A stretch of DNA of 64,000 bases from Diplonema japonicum (GCA_964019335.1 OZ025703.1:62001-126000); one strand, 5' to 3'; positions 32,321-44,672 are shown, counted from the stretch's first letter. The notes: generated by a model not told the origin, from the letters alone. Numbers and translations: made by a program.

Positions 32321-33405
32321 ATGAGAGTCCACACAGCCGTACTAATAGCGGGGTGGGGGGTCTTCTGCACACAGGGGCACGACATCGTCGAGGCCTTAGT
32401 TTTCGAAGATGACACATGCAGCAAGCCCCTAGGAAGGATGAAGCTAGTAGCCGACGGACGCTGCAGGTGCGTAGAGTGCGGCAGGTGGGAAACCCCACGC
32501 GGAACAGAAACCGTGCAAATAGTGCAGAACCTAACCGTGAACTCACTGACACAAAGCATGACATTAAACACCTTCACGGACACTGTGACAAACACCGAAC
32601 CAACAACCACATTATCCGACACAATATCCATGACAGCCGTTTCGTCCACAGAAGTGCTTGCAATGGTAGATGTGTACATCCCACCCTCGAGTGAGATTTC
32701 ACGTCATGCATTGTCGGGGGTTCTGGGGGGTATGAACTGCACTGCTTGCAATCTGTTCCCATTGTCCTTCGCCAGTGCTACGTGTCACGGCAACCGTACC
32801 TTCTCTCTCACCTTTCGAGACATCGACGACTGCACCCCGGTGAGCACCGTCAGCAATATCGCAGTCAACACTACTTCTTGCGTCTCCTTGGGGGATGGTC
32901 TGTACGGGCTGCTTGCAAAATCAACGTGTCAACCCGAAGATGACGATGCCATGACTGACTTGGAGATTGCGCTTGTCATTGTGTTGGCAGTCGGAACCGT
33001 CTTATTGGGGGGCATCGTGGGGTACATCGTGTGGGTGTGGAAGAATTTGAGGTTTGTTTCTTTTGCTTCCTTCCTTCAAATAATAACAACAACCATAGGA
33101 CGTTGCTGCAGATTCGGTCTGATGTGCAGAAGACGACAAAGGATGATGCGGCACTTCGTGAGCAGGTCCTCAAAACAAAGGGCAAGGTGGCCGAGCAGAC
33201 GAACATGTCCTCTAAGGTCGCAGACGAGGTGGAGGGCATCACGGGAAACTCGGTCCTGACCAACGGGCTGATCGGCTCTGCAAACAGCGTCGCCCCACCT
33301 TCCCTGCCGATCAGAGAGGAGCTCGACCAACTGTCCGCGCACATGGCGCACGTGGAGGCTGAGATCGACATGCAGAAGAAGATGATGCGGGATGCCATGA
33401 TCTGA
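32321..33405 (+). CDS. Type I single-pass membrane protein with Cys/Thr-rich ectodomain (2 exons)
   Basis: Signal peptide; TM IALVIVLAVGTVLLGGIVGYIVWVW; intron 33052-33098 joins to the ORF ending at 33405. Confidence 0.75.
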
Positions 33406-33435
33406 GGGGGAAGGGAATGAATAGAGAACACTTTG

Positions 33436-33466
<31 letters not shown>

Positions 33467-33803
33467 GAAACACAAAAAAGGAAGTATGATATTTAGACCT
33501 GTAGTATTATTAGTTTTTTTTGATGGCCATGAAGAGGCTGGGGGGAGGGAGGGGGTGGTTGTAATAACTTATGACAAAAAAAAATCCGTGGGTGCGGGAC
33601 CTTTTCTTCCTTCTCTTTCATTGAAGTAGCCTAGTTTGAGCTGTGCCTGTCATTGTGTCCCTTAGTCGGGCTGCGGGTGTATGTTCGGAGCCTCATACTT
33701 TAGTCGCCCTGGGTTTTCCCTGTTACGCCCACTTTTTTGTACATAACGATGTACGGGTGCCTAGAAAGAAGAAAAAAAAAAAGGAGGGACGGGGGAAAAA
33801 AAA

Positions 33804-35443
33804 ATGCTACGTCGGAGCCGAACGGCTCTGAGGATAGGGACACATGTGGATCCGAAATACGCAGGGTTTGGGTCTGAGGTATATAAAAAAAAAACAAAAA
33901 AAAAAATAAAAAAAAATAAAAAAAAATAAAAAGGCTGTAAACATCCGAGTAGTCAGCGGGTCGGACCTGACGGCAGAAGCAGGGTACAACAAGGAGCCCT
34001 TAAAGGTCGCGAAGTTCAATGCAAACCAAGCCTTCGAGAAGGAAGTCAAAGCCGCACGAGAAAACCTGTCAAACCTAAGCGAAGCCACCGTCGCCACCGC
34101 CGTGCAACTGATCTCTGTGGGCGAAGTAAGCGAGGGCATGGAAATGGCCGAGTTCATAGAAAAAGCCCGGGGGCTCACCCCCGAAGAAATCGTCTCACTT
34201 CTACAAGAGTTATCGTTACCAAAGTTCAGACGGAAATGGACCGAAGAGCACGACGGTAATATGATGGAGGGTTTTAAACAAACCGGTGCGTACAGAGGGT
34301 ACGAGCGGACGAGAGAAGCAGACCACCTCTTCACCCTTCTGTCCAACAGAACGGACAAGAACTTCGACGATAAAATCCGCATCACAGCTTACAACAACCT
34401 TATTGAGGTGTATTGTTCTGCTGGGTACAAGGCCTGCTTGCAGGTTCCCGACTTTTTGTACGACCGGCTCTTCTTCCTCGAACTGCAGCCCACGCTCAAA
34501 ACGTACGAACTCGTCCTCCTCTCGTTGGGACTTTCAACAAGAATGGCGGAATTTGACGCATTATGGTCATGGCTGTCGGGATCGCACTCTGAGTCCCTCA
34601 GGTGCTCCACATTCTTGATATTGTTGAACTGCCTCTGTGAAGCGGAGAGGTATATAGATGTCGAGAAGTATTTCAAGGAAATGGTTCAGAGGGGGCAGGT
34701 TCTTCCCGATGCGGAGATTTTCACGGTTCTGATACGGTCTATATACGAGCACTCCCGCCACGCGGGCGGGACGATCCCAGCAGTGGAGGAGAAAAAACTG
34801 GTTTTCATCCCCACCTGGCTTCGACAAAACGGAGTGCATTTCACAGACCTGTCACAAGCACACCAGAAACTGGTGGAGAACGCGTTATCCAGGTGGACCT
34901 TCCGCAGCGGGTTGGCGAAGACCACCGAACCTTACCTCGAGGAACGAGCCAGGGAGTACACTGCATGGAACGAGGGACAGCGATGGACTCATATTTCCCA
35001 GGACGAAATGAACACATCCATGATTGAAGCGGGCGTACGTAAGCTTCGGGGGGACGTTATAAACGAGAGGATGCGGCTGGATGTGCAGAAGGGTGGTGGC
35101 CGTGGGGTCATTTACCCCGAGGCCACGTACTCCCCTGTCACGAGGTATGTAGGCGATGGAACTCCTGCTTTTTATTTTTTTTTTTCAACCCACAGATACG
35201 ACTCGATGGGGAAAACCGAAAAGCGTCAAATCGTGTGGGACAGAGCAGGTGTCAAGAACGACCTCTACGGCCGAGCCCCTCAAGCACCGTCCAAAGAAGA
35301 GGTTTGTATTTCTTTTTTTTATTTTCTCTTCTGTCTAATAATAGAAAAAAAAAAAAAAAATACAGCTTGCACGCAAAGTCCAATTCGCGAAGAGGAGCGC
35401 GACATCCGAGCGACGCTCCAGCGGGGTGTGGAAGAGGCGATAG
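33804..35443 (+). CDS. Mitochondrial PPR-like RNA-binding protein (4 exons)
   Basis: MLRRSR presequence; PPR-like units (AYNNLIEVYC, TYELVL, TFLILLNCLC...F.EM..RG...PD..IF..LI). Introns 33879-33933, 35145-35195 and 35302-35365. Confidence 0.75.
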
Positions 35444-35444
35444 T

Positions 35445-35486
<42 letters not shown>

Positions 35487-35576
35487 GTTTTTTTTCAAAA
35501 GTATTTTTCTTTTCCCGACCACCCTCCCCAAACACAGGATTTCATTTCAGACCACGAAAAAAAAAAAAAGAAAAAA

Positions 35577-36368
35577 ATGTATCTCCGTACAACTCTGGCG
35601 GCATGCATGATAATTGCCGTGTCGGGGCAGTGCAACTCCAGCGCGGAAGTGACGTGCCTGTCACCGTACGTCACACCTGCGAATGATAACGTTTGCGAGA
35701 CACTAACGTGGGGGGAGGATCTGGCTCAATGCATGTGCACCATGCACTACATCACATGTTGCACTGCAGAAAACTGCCCCAACGTAGTAGCCGATACATG
35801 CACTTGCGAGACCCTATCCATCGACTATGACAAAACGTTCAACGTGGAATACGGTGTTGGTGACGTGCAGCTGGCAAACCCTGCTGCGTTCAAAACTTTC
35901 TTGAATAACAACCTTGGACCTTGGATGACCCCTTCAATGACAGTTGTTACTATGGTTGGAACAAAGGCGACTGTCGCATTCAACGTTCCTAGGCTCACGT
36001 TGATCCCTACTTCATTAAATGCTATGTTTCTTGCGCAGCTGAGCAGGCTCACTAGGGTTCCTGAGCTGTCCGTCCACAATCTGACCGTTGCCACCCCGCC
36101 CACCGTGACGAACGGGCTGCCGCCATCGTCAAGTGATGATTTCCCTATTGGTGGAATTCTTGGAATTGCGTTGGGGTCCTTGGCCGTTGCTATAGTGCTT
36201 GCTGTGGTGTTTTTCTTTGTAAGGAAGTTCCTTGCCGCGAGGAAGGAAGAGAAGCAAAGGCAGGAGCAGGAGGACCTGCGGGCCAAGAAAAGCTTCAGGA
36301 AGGAAATGAAGAAGGCGAGCACGAGGAAATTGTCCAAGACCGATGAGAATGCCCCCAACATCGTCTAA
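35577..36368 (+). CDS. Type I membrane protein with Cys-rich N-terminal domain
   Basis: Signal peptide MYLRTTLAACMIIAVSG, Cys-rich ectodomain, TM IGGILGIALGSLAVAIVLAVVFFFV, basic tail. Confidence 0.75.
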   Translation: MYLRTTLAACMIIAVSGQCNSSAEVTCLSPYVTPANDNVCETLTWGEDLAQCMCTMHYITCCTAENCPNVVADTCTCETLSIDYDKTFNVEYGVGDVQLANPAAFKTFLNNNLGPWMTPSMTVVTMVGTKATVAFNVPRLTLIPTSLNAMFLAQLSRLTRVPELSVHNLTVATPPTVTNGLPPSSSDDFPIGGILGIALGSLAVAIVLAVVFFFVRKFLAARKEEKQRQEQEDLRAKKSFRKEMKKASTRKLSKTDENAPNIV

Positions 36369-36540
36369 AAAAAAAAAATAAATAAATAAATAAAAAAGAT
36401 AAAATAAAAAAAAAAATACTTTTTTTTTTTTAATTTAGTTGTTGTTAACCTGTTGGTGTTACTGCAGGAATCTTTTTTTTTCTTTTTTTTTTTCTTTTTT
36501 TTTCTTTTTTTCTTTTTTTTACTTGTGTAAAGGTATAAAG

Positions 36541-36589
<49 letters not shown>

Positions 36590-37243
36590 GGTAGCATCCA
36601 GCAAATGCTAAACATCGACTTTTTTTTTTTAAATTTATTCAAAAATGCGTTGAAGACAACGTAGTTGTTAGTTTTCAAAAAAAAAAAGAGATAAAAAAAA
36701 AGAGAAAAAAAATATATATGAAAAATAAATTGCTGGCATGCTTATCTACAAGCGATCTGCAAAGTAGATATACGTTTGTAGCTTGGTGGGGCTCTTTTTT
36801 TTTTTTCTTTTCTTTTTTTTCCCTCTTCCTTTTTATTATTTTAACCTTTCTCCCGTACTTTAGGTAAACCGAATAGTTGGTTTCTAATCTGGGCTCGGCA
36901 TTGACACCAAATGCCCCCCTTCCCATTTCTTAAAGAATAGTTTATTGGGTGTGTGGTATATTTCTCTTTTTTTGGACCTGTTGTGGAGTGTGGCAGGTAA
37001 GATAGTTTTTTTTTTTTTTTTTTTTTTTTTTTAGTACCTCACCCCCCTCTCTCGCCGTTGTTATTTTGATTTTCAGTGCCACGAAAACTAATTCGGTTTT
37101 TTAAGGGTGGTCCTCAAGTGGGATTTGCCCTTAAACATCGCTTTTTTTTTTTTGGGGCCACAGATTTGCTATTATATCTTGAAAAATTGAGAGAAGAGGG
37201 AGGGGATGATGGTTGGATTCGTTTTCTTTTCTTTCTTTTTTAC

Positions 37244-37566
37244 AGGTGGTGGGGATAACATGAAAATATAAGAAAAACATCAGATGTGTTGTTCGCTGTT
37301 GACCTCCTCGTCGGTCATCACCGGTAGCGCCCGAGTGGAAGAACATAAAGCAGATGCTCAGGGTGACAAACAGGCAGCAAACTGCGCGAGCGCAGAATCT
37401 TGGTTACCCGGGACGCCCCGGCTGGGGTTGAGCTGCTCACCGCACGCATTAAGGACACGACGCGGAACGCAGAAGAAGCGACAACTCGGCCGCGGTGCGC
37501 CCCCTGTAATCAAGTAGACAGTTCTTGTGCAGGGCGCCGCCAACACCGGCCTCCTTTAACTCATAT
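37244..37566. repeat. Dispersed ~320-bp repeat, copy 2
   Basis: Same orientation as, and near-identical to, 29188-29508. Confidence 0.9.
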
Positions 37567-38224
37567 TTTTTTTTTCTTTTGAGGATAACAGAAAAAAAGA
37601 AGAGGGGGTGTAGTAAATTAATTTGTTGTTGTTACACCCCCTTCCCCCCATATTTGGATTGTCCAAAAGTGGCTATTAAGCTTTAGTTACTATGTAAGGC
37701 ACACAAATGGGGAGTTATGTGATTATTCGTGCGGTTGCAACACCTTTGTTTGTAAAACGAGTTTTTTTTTTTTCTTTTTTCCCCTTCATTTTCGGAAAAA
37801 GAAAATGGAGGTGGGGAAGCAGTAAAGGCACCCAAGGTGGGCAGCTTGGCTAGTTTCCCCTCTTTCCACTCTTCCTTTAGTTATAGTGACCAATCGCTAT
37901 TTTTGTACCTTTTTTTATCATCGATCCTTAGGGGGGGGAGGAGAAAAAAAGAAAGGTTCCATCTTTTTTTTAAGGAGCTGTGGGTAGATGCTAGTTTTTT
38001 TTTTTTTCCTTCTTCTTTTTTTTTTTTTTTTCCCTGCCCCGGAAGAATATCTGTGGCTACGAGAAAGTCAAAATATTTTCTTTTCTCGAGGCAGAAGATG
38101 AGAAAACTCTTTCTTACCGGGACAAAATAAAAGAGTTTTTTTTTTTTTTGTTAATTCTCATGCATGCCACCTCCTTCCCTAGTTAAGTCAGATTCGACAC
38201 TCGCTCCAAAACTAAAAACTTTGC

Positions 38225-38267
<43 letters not shown>

Positions 38268-38874
38268 CTCTCTCTCGTCTGTAAAGAAAATGAAAGAAAA
38301 AAAAAACTAGGGGAGTAGTTGTAACACGCTTGGGAACTAGTAAATACTCTCTTCTTCTTTCTCCCCCCCCCCCCCCCCCCTCTCCTCTTGTTCTTCCCCT
38401 CAGGCAAAAAAAAAAAATTCTTCTTATCTTCTAAAAGGGAAAGCAAAATACTAGTACACCATGGTGTGAATTACAGGGTGAAGCAAAAGGGGGGGGTTTT
38501 TTTCTTCCTCTTTTTTTTCTTTCCTTACCAGTTCCTTCGTGGGGAAAAAATAATGAAGAAAAGGAAAAAGCCTCGAGAGGCGAGCTGTCGAAAAACGGTC
38601 AAAGAACAAGACCCTGCTTTTTATCTCCTTTAAAAATAAAAAATAAAAATACCATAGCCACAGAACGAAGATCCCTCAGCCCTCTGCTGCATGGTGCAAG
38701 GCTACTGGGCGAACACTAAAACATATTGAAGAAAAAAAAAAGAACAAGAAAAGTAAAGGGGACTCCCTCCTCCCTTTTCCCTCCCTCAGTGACCAGATTC
38801 TGTAACCCTCGTTCTAGTCTTACGTATTTTTTTTTTTTTTTTTAAATTTAACTCCACCAAAATTTTCATGGGTG

Positions 38875-39688
38875 GGAGTGAAAATAAAAATTCACTTTAT
38901 TTCACTCCTGACTTTATTTTCACGCTCCGGCTTCTAAAAGAAATTAGGCCCAGGAGTGAAAAAATTCTGATAGCGTTAAAATAAGAAATATTATTTCACT
39001 CCTGGGCCTAATTTAAGCAAAACCCTCCAAAAATTCCTACCAAGGTTCCTTTGGGATGGGCAAGAACCCGACTGCACAAGAGGCAGACGCAGCAGAGTTC
39101 ACCCCCTTCCAAGAGTCATACGAAAAGGAGTGGGCACGCTTTTGTGTGTTTCATAATTATAGGAAGGAAAAGAAGGGCCCGTCCGAAAGACGAGGATTCT
39201 ATTCTCTATTTCAGCGACATGAACAAGCAAGGCCTGCTGCCAGTTCAGTCCGGACGGTCCCTTATTCAAGGCTAAACTCGGTTGTGAAGAGGAATTACAA
39301 CAAGCAGTTGCACGACCACCCCCGACTAAAGGTCCCCCTCAAGAGGTTCCAAGAAGGCAAGTCAACACAAAAGGCGAACATCTTTGCCCAAGAGCAAATA
39401 ACAGAATTCTTTAGCACCGAGGTATGGCATCGTCCGCCACGCTTATGCAGCGTTGATGTTTGCAGGAAACATATGCACTACCGAGGCACATATCCGACAC
39501 CTGTTGTAATTGGTACCACCTGTACCTCCCACCCACTCAAATTTTGCTGTCGTTAAATAAAATATCGTATTTGTGAATATAAGATTGATGATTTCACTTG
39601 TGGTGGCAGTTTTGACTCGTTAAACGTTTTTACTTCACTCGTCAAAACCACTGCCACCACGCGTGAAATCATAGGATCTTATATTCAC
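38875..39688 (+). mobile_element. Degenerate Crypton-like tyrosine-recombinase element with palindromic ends
   Basis: Left end has GGAGTGAAA repeats in both orientations, including a 21-bp IR (38941-38961/38994-39014). Right end is a ~115-bp palindrome (39573-39688). A frameshifted YR-like ORF lies between. Confidence 0.65.
39056..39556 (+). pseudogene. Frameshifted tyrosine recombinase N-terminal (core-binding) remnant
   Basis: Two overlapping frames combine to YEKEWARF...P.DEDSILYFSDM.KQGL/AASSVRT.YSRLNS...PRL...LKRFQEG...KA.IF..EQI.EF, the pattern of Crypton/phage-integrase-like N-terminal domains. No catalytic tetrad is visible. Confidence 0.55.
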
Positions 39689-39954
39689 TTAAATAAATAG
39701 TTATTTTTTTTTTTTTTTTTTTTTTGGGAAGAAAAAAAAATTGCGATTTTTTTTGTTTCCCCCCCCCTTTTTTTTTGCTCCCCGATATGTGTGGGGGGGA
39801 AAAATGAAAGTTTTTTTCTTTGTTTTTTTTTTTCTCGCTCCCCCTCCTTTGTTCGTTACCCCCCCCCCCCCCTTCCCCTCTTCCCCCCAATTTTTTTTAT
39901 TTAAGAGACCACCATGACACAATTATTTTTTTTTAAATATATGTAAGAAAGGAA

Positions 39955-40419
39955 ATGCAGCGACTGAAGAATGCAACTATAAGAAGCATAACGGAATGGG
40001 AGGACCCAGTAGTGACTAGTGGGTGTATAGGGCTGGTGGTGGTTATTTATGCTGCAGCAGTTTTGATAGAAGTTTCCATGTTGAACTTGTTTGCAGTGTG
40101 TGTCCAGGTAGCTATTCTCGGTGTTCCCATTCTACGGATGGCAAAAATCGACCTTGGCTTGGGCAGCCCCTCTGCCCTCCCTCTAACCGCTCGCGTACAC
40201 CAGGCGCTGCGTTCAGGCAGGCCCCACCTCAGAGACTTTATTGAAAGAGCATACATTTCCCTTTCATGGGCCGTCCCACGCTTTTCTTTGAAGGTCACAG
40301 CCTGTCTTGTTGCCCTTGCGGTACTGACCGCCTACCTCACTAGCGGGGACTTTTTCATGCTGCTGTTTTTGACTGCTGGCTTTAAACCATTGGTAGCCAC
40401 AAAGCTGAAGAAACAATAG
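39955..40419 (+). CDS. Reticulon-like protein
   Basis: WEDPVVTS motif followed by two long hydrophobic hairpins. Confidence 0.7.
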   Translation: MQRLKNATIRSITEWEDPVVTSGCIGLVVVIYAAAVLIEVSMLNLFAVCVQVAILGVPILRMAKIDLGLGSPSALPLTARVHQALRSGRPHLRDFIERAYISLSWAVPRFSLKVTACLVALAVLTAYLTSGDFFMLLFLTAGFKPLVATKLKKQ

Positions 40420-40578
40420 ATTTTTTTTTTTTTTTTTTTGTTTTGTTTTTTTTTCTTGTACAATTTCTTTTATTTTTCTTTTGTTTTTTTTTAAAAAAAA
40501 ATACATATACATAAATAAGGACGTGCGGGAGTCTGAGGGAGGAGGGGGAAAAAAAAAAGGAGAAAAAAAAAAAAGAAT

Positions 40579-40754
40579 ATGAAGACTATTGATGGGCCCC
40601 GGACGCTGGAACGGAGAGGGTGGATTAAATGGCAGGAGGTCAAGGTGCAGCTGTCGGGAGGGAACAAGCTAGCCGTTCTGGACTCGAAGGTAAGTTCCTT
40701 TTAAATTTTCTTACTTACAAAGCAAACGGGAAGGGGGGCGGGGAACAAAAAAAT

Positions 40755-40785
<31 letters not shown>

Positions 40786-41131
40786 GACCTCAATTGCTAA
40801 CAAAGTCAGCGGAAAATCTGAGGTTCCTCCCTTTTCTTTTTTTTCCCCAGAAAAAAACACAAAACACAAAACAAACAAAAACCCTACAGGGCGACGTAAA
40901 AGAACACCTTGAAATACAACATTTGGACAAATTGTCGTCAGATCAGAAAAGCGAGGAATTCGCATTTCAACTCTACTTCGCGTATGCGCATTTTTTTTTT
41001 TTTTTTTTTATTGTTTCAATAAACCTCAACAATCCTCACCACCCAGTGGCAAGAAAGAGAAATGGACATTGCGCGCATTATCACAAGAAGACTACGACAC
41101 GTGGATGAGCGTCCTCGAAGCAAATTGTAAT

Positions 41132-41166
<35 letters not shown>

Positions 41167-41176
41167 CCAACACAAC

Positions 41177-41207
<31 letters not shown>

Positions 41208-42591
41208 ACAGTGGCGGAAATCAACAAAGACGGCTCCACCTACAACTACGGCCTTCCGGACAGAGACCCGCGAACTGATTTGCCCCTCATCTCTGTTCCG
41301 TCCGATTTCACAGGAAATTTCGCCTACCTGAACATGGCTGTTATCCACTGGTTCGGCGTCGTAAAAAAACTGGGTGTAGGCTTCTCCGTGGAAGAACGGA
41401 TAGCAGTCCTCGGCGACAGATGCCTGTACCTCTGCAAACGAAACGCTGACATAACGAGATGCGTCATGATCTCAGACATCGAGAGGCTCCTCCTAGCACA
41501 AGACGATGCAAAAGACCTGTACATCTCCATCATCATGCCCGAGACGGTCAACGACAAGACTGATGAAAAGAAGCCCCCCCGCCCGGAGTACGACCTTATG
41601 TTCCACTCTGACGATATCCAAACCTTCGTCCGGTACCTCCGAACGGTGTACGTATACCTGACATCGGGCAAAATGCTTGCTCTCGATCAAGTTAAAGACA
41701 AACGACAGTTGGACCACGAAGTTCGACTCGTCAGGCCGAAAGGATGGGAACTCACATACTGGCAGCCTATGTTCAAACAGCACCTTGCACATCTTTTGGA
41801 ACAATGGTACAAACAGCAAGGTGGGAACGCCGATTCTGCAACATCAAACCCCACGGCTGCCAAGATCACTGATGGGCCGAACAAGGCAGACGTTGCAAAG
41901 AACGCTGAACCGGCAACCGGTGGGAACAGTAGTGGTGGTGGTGGTGGTGGTGGTCTTGACGACGAGGATCCTTTAGGGAAATTCCTTGTAATGATATCGC
42001 TGTCGAAGTACTACAATTTGTTGAAGGCAGCGAGGATGACGTTGGAAATGCTTGTAAACGGGCTTATAGATGAATCAGATATCCGCCACTTCGGGGTTGA
42101 GTCCGAAGCTGACCGCGCGAAAATCATCAGAGCTCTTCAAGACAAGGATCTCATCGACCGTTTGACCGCAGGAAGCATCAGCGAGGACCAGTACAACCCA
42201 CCCAAACCGGCTGACTTCGCCGGGATCCAACCGAAGCTCGCCGATGACGATCTTGATTTAGACCTTGACTTTGGTGGTGGTGGCGGCGGTGCTGTCAACC
42301 CTGCTCCTGTTTCTTCCGGTGGTGGTGCAATGTCTGGGCTCGATGATTTTGATCTGGATGATTTCTCGCCTGTGGCTGCACCAACAGGGCCCACTGCTAT
42401 TGATCTTGATGATTTTGATGACTTGGACATTGGTGGTGGTGGTGGTGGTGGTGGAGGGAATGCGATCAAGTTTGATGATGTATGGAGAATTGAGAGAATT
42501 TCACAAAGGAAAAAAAAAAAAAAAAAAAAAAAGTTTGATGATCTTGACCTTGACCTCGAGCCTAAAAAACCTGTCGGTGGTGCTACGTTGG

Positions 42592-42625
<34 letters not shown>

Positions 42626-42746
42626 CGTATTATACTTACTGTTTTTAAAAAAAATTTAAAAAAAAGCAGATGATTTTGACGATTTAGACCTTGGAGGTCC
42701 TCCTGCCAAACCTGCGGCAGCAATTGATCTTGATGATGATCTGTGA
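40579..42746 (+). CDS. PH + PH-like + SAM domain protein with acidic DLD(L/F) tail (6 exons)
   Basis: Introns 40690-40889, 40982-41046, 41127-41211, 42480-42533 and 42592-42669 give one frame. PH helix WTLRALSQEDYDTWMSVL; SAM FL..ISLSKY...IDESDIRHFGV...RAKIIRAL. Confidence 0.75.
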
Positions 42747-43262
42747 GGGGTGGGTGCGGGGGAAGAGAAAAAATATCTTTTGGGGGTGAAACAGTGAATA
42801 GTGTTATTCATTCTTTGTATCTTTTATTTTCTTTATTGTCTCGTAATAGAATCTTATTTTTTATTTTATTTTTTGTTGCCGTAGGTGAACGTGATGAAAC
42901 CCTGCCGAACCATTTTTTTTTTCCCTTCGTAAAAAAAAAAAGGAGTAAAGGAATCTCCTCGAAAAACTCGATTTTTTTTTCTCGCTTGATTCTCCCCCCC
43001 CCCTTATTTTCTCCCCCCCCACCCTCACATCGCTTTGACCTCGAGAAAAAAAACAAAATGAAACCACCCATATTTTTTTGTCCTTCCACCCACCCCCCCC
43101 CCCTTTTCTTTTTTTTTCCTTCCATTATTGTTCTCTTAACTGAGAGTGAAATTCTGTTAAGATTTTGTTTTTTTTTTATTTATTTTTTTTTTTTTATAAG
43201 AAGACAAAAAAAAACAAAAAAAATAAAGAAAGAAAGAAAAAAAAACAAAAGCAGAAAAAAAA

Positions 43263-44348
43263 ATGTTCGGCTCCTTCTTAAAGCAAGGCTTCGACCACTT
43301 CAATGCCGACCCCATAGAAGCTGAACAGCAAGCCCACGGCGACATGGAGGCTACAGAATATGAGGACCGCGCAGCAGAAGCCGTTCCCGGCGACGTCTTC
43401 ATGATAAGCGGATGTCAAGACGCACAGACCAGCGCAGATGTCAGCAACGTTGCATCCTTCGGGCTCCCGGAAGACAGCGGACCAGGAGGAGCCGGTGGTG
43501 CCTGCACCAACGCTTTACTCGCAACAACATACGCACCAGGAGATGTAACCTGGATCGAACTTCTCAACCAAATGCGAACGTTCTTAGGCAACAACGGGTA
43601 CTCCCAAGTCCCCGAACTCTCAAGCTCCCGCAAGCTCGAGCTCGGAATGCCATTCGAAATCGCAGGAGGCTACGGCGGCTCACGCAAAGCCGTGTTGGTG
43701 GGGATCAACTACGTCAACCACAGCAACGGTGTCCTCAGAGGCTGCATCAATGATGTCCTGTCCATGAAAAACTACATATGCGGAACGGAAGGTTTCGACG
43801 AGGGTGCAATGAGAATCCTAGTTGACGACCATGGCGATGAAGCCGCACAACAGATGGGGGTCGGACTTGAGATGCCAACAAAGGACACGATTCTAGATGC
43901 TATAAGGTGGTTGGTGAGCGACGCGCAGCCTGGTGATGTCCTCTTCTTCCACTACAGCGGCCACGGCGGCCAGCAGCGCGACACATCTGGCGATGAGGAA
44001 GACGGTAAAGATGAAACGCTTATCCCGGAGGACTACCAGTCAGCTGGCGTTCTGACAGACGACGACCTCTTCAGAGAGCTTGTGATGACGGTGCCCGTGG
44101 GAGTTCGCCTTGTGTGCATCATGGACTGCTGCCACTCGGGTACCATCTTGGATCTTCCCTTCCTTTTTGCCGCCACTGAGTCTAATGTTTCCGCAGCTGA
44201 GTCTGGTGCGCTTTCGTCGTTGACCGCGAACCCCGGTTTCCAGGGGCAGATCGGCAAGCTTCTCAAGGTTGGAATGGAACAACTCCAAAACTACGGCGGG
44301 GCCGAAGGTGTCATGGGGCTGGCTTCCAAGTTCGGGCTTCCTTTTTAG
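43263..44348 (+). CDS. Type III (p10-before-p20) metacaspase
   Basis: p10 motifs SGCQDAQTSAD, GACTNAL and QVPELSSS precede p20 motifs RKAVLVGINY, LRGCINDV, catalytic HYSGHG and DCCHSG; intronless. Confidence 0.92.
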   Translation: MFGSFLKQGFDHFNADPIEAEQQAHGDMEATEYEDRAAEAVPGDVFMISGCQDAQTSADVSNVASFGLPEDSGPGGAGGACTNALLATTYAPGDVTWIELLNQMRTFLGNNGYSQVPELSSSRKLELGMPFEIAGGYGGSRKAVLVGINYVNHSNGVLRGCINDVLSMKNYICGTEGFDEGAMRILVDDHGDEAAQQMGVGLEMPTKDTILDAIRWLVSDAQPGDVLFFHYSGHGGQQRDTSGDEEDGKDETLIPEDYQSAGVLTDDDLFRELVMTVPVGVRLVCIMDCCHSGTILDLPFLFAATESNVSAAESGALSSLTANPGFQGQIGKLLKVGMEQLQNYGGAEGVMGLASKFGLPF

Positions 44349-44672
44349 AAGAAAAAAAAAAATGTAATTGATTTTATGTTTTTTTTTTCCCCCCACACAC
44401 ACACAAACGTTTTCTTTTTCTTTTTTTTTTAACAAGGACGAGGATAAAAAAAAAAACATCCGTAAGGAGTGGGGGAAAAAAAAAGGGGGGGGGATATATA
44501 AAAAAAAGATAAAAGGGGGGGACCGGTGCCGGATATAAGAAGGAAAAAAAAAAAGAAATATTCTATTCTTACGGGATGGGATAAAATACACCGTTTATTT
44601 TTTGTTGTGACCCCTTTTTTTTTCTTCTTTTGCCTCTCCACACCACACCAGCGTGCCCCACAGAGAAATGTA

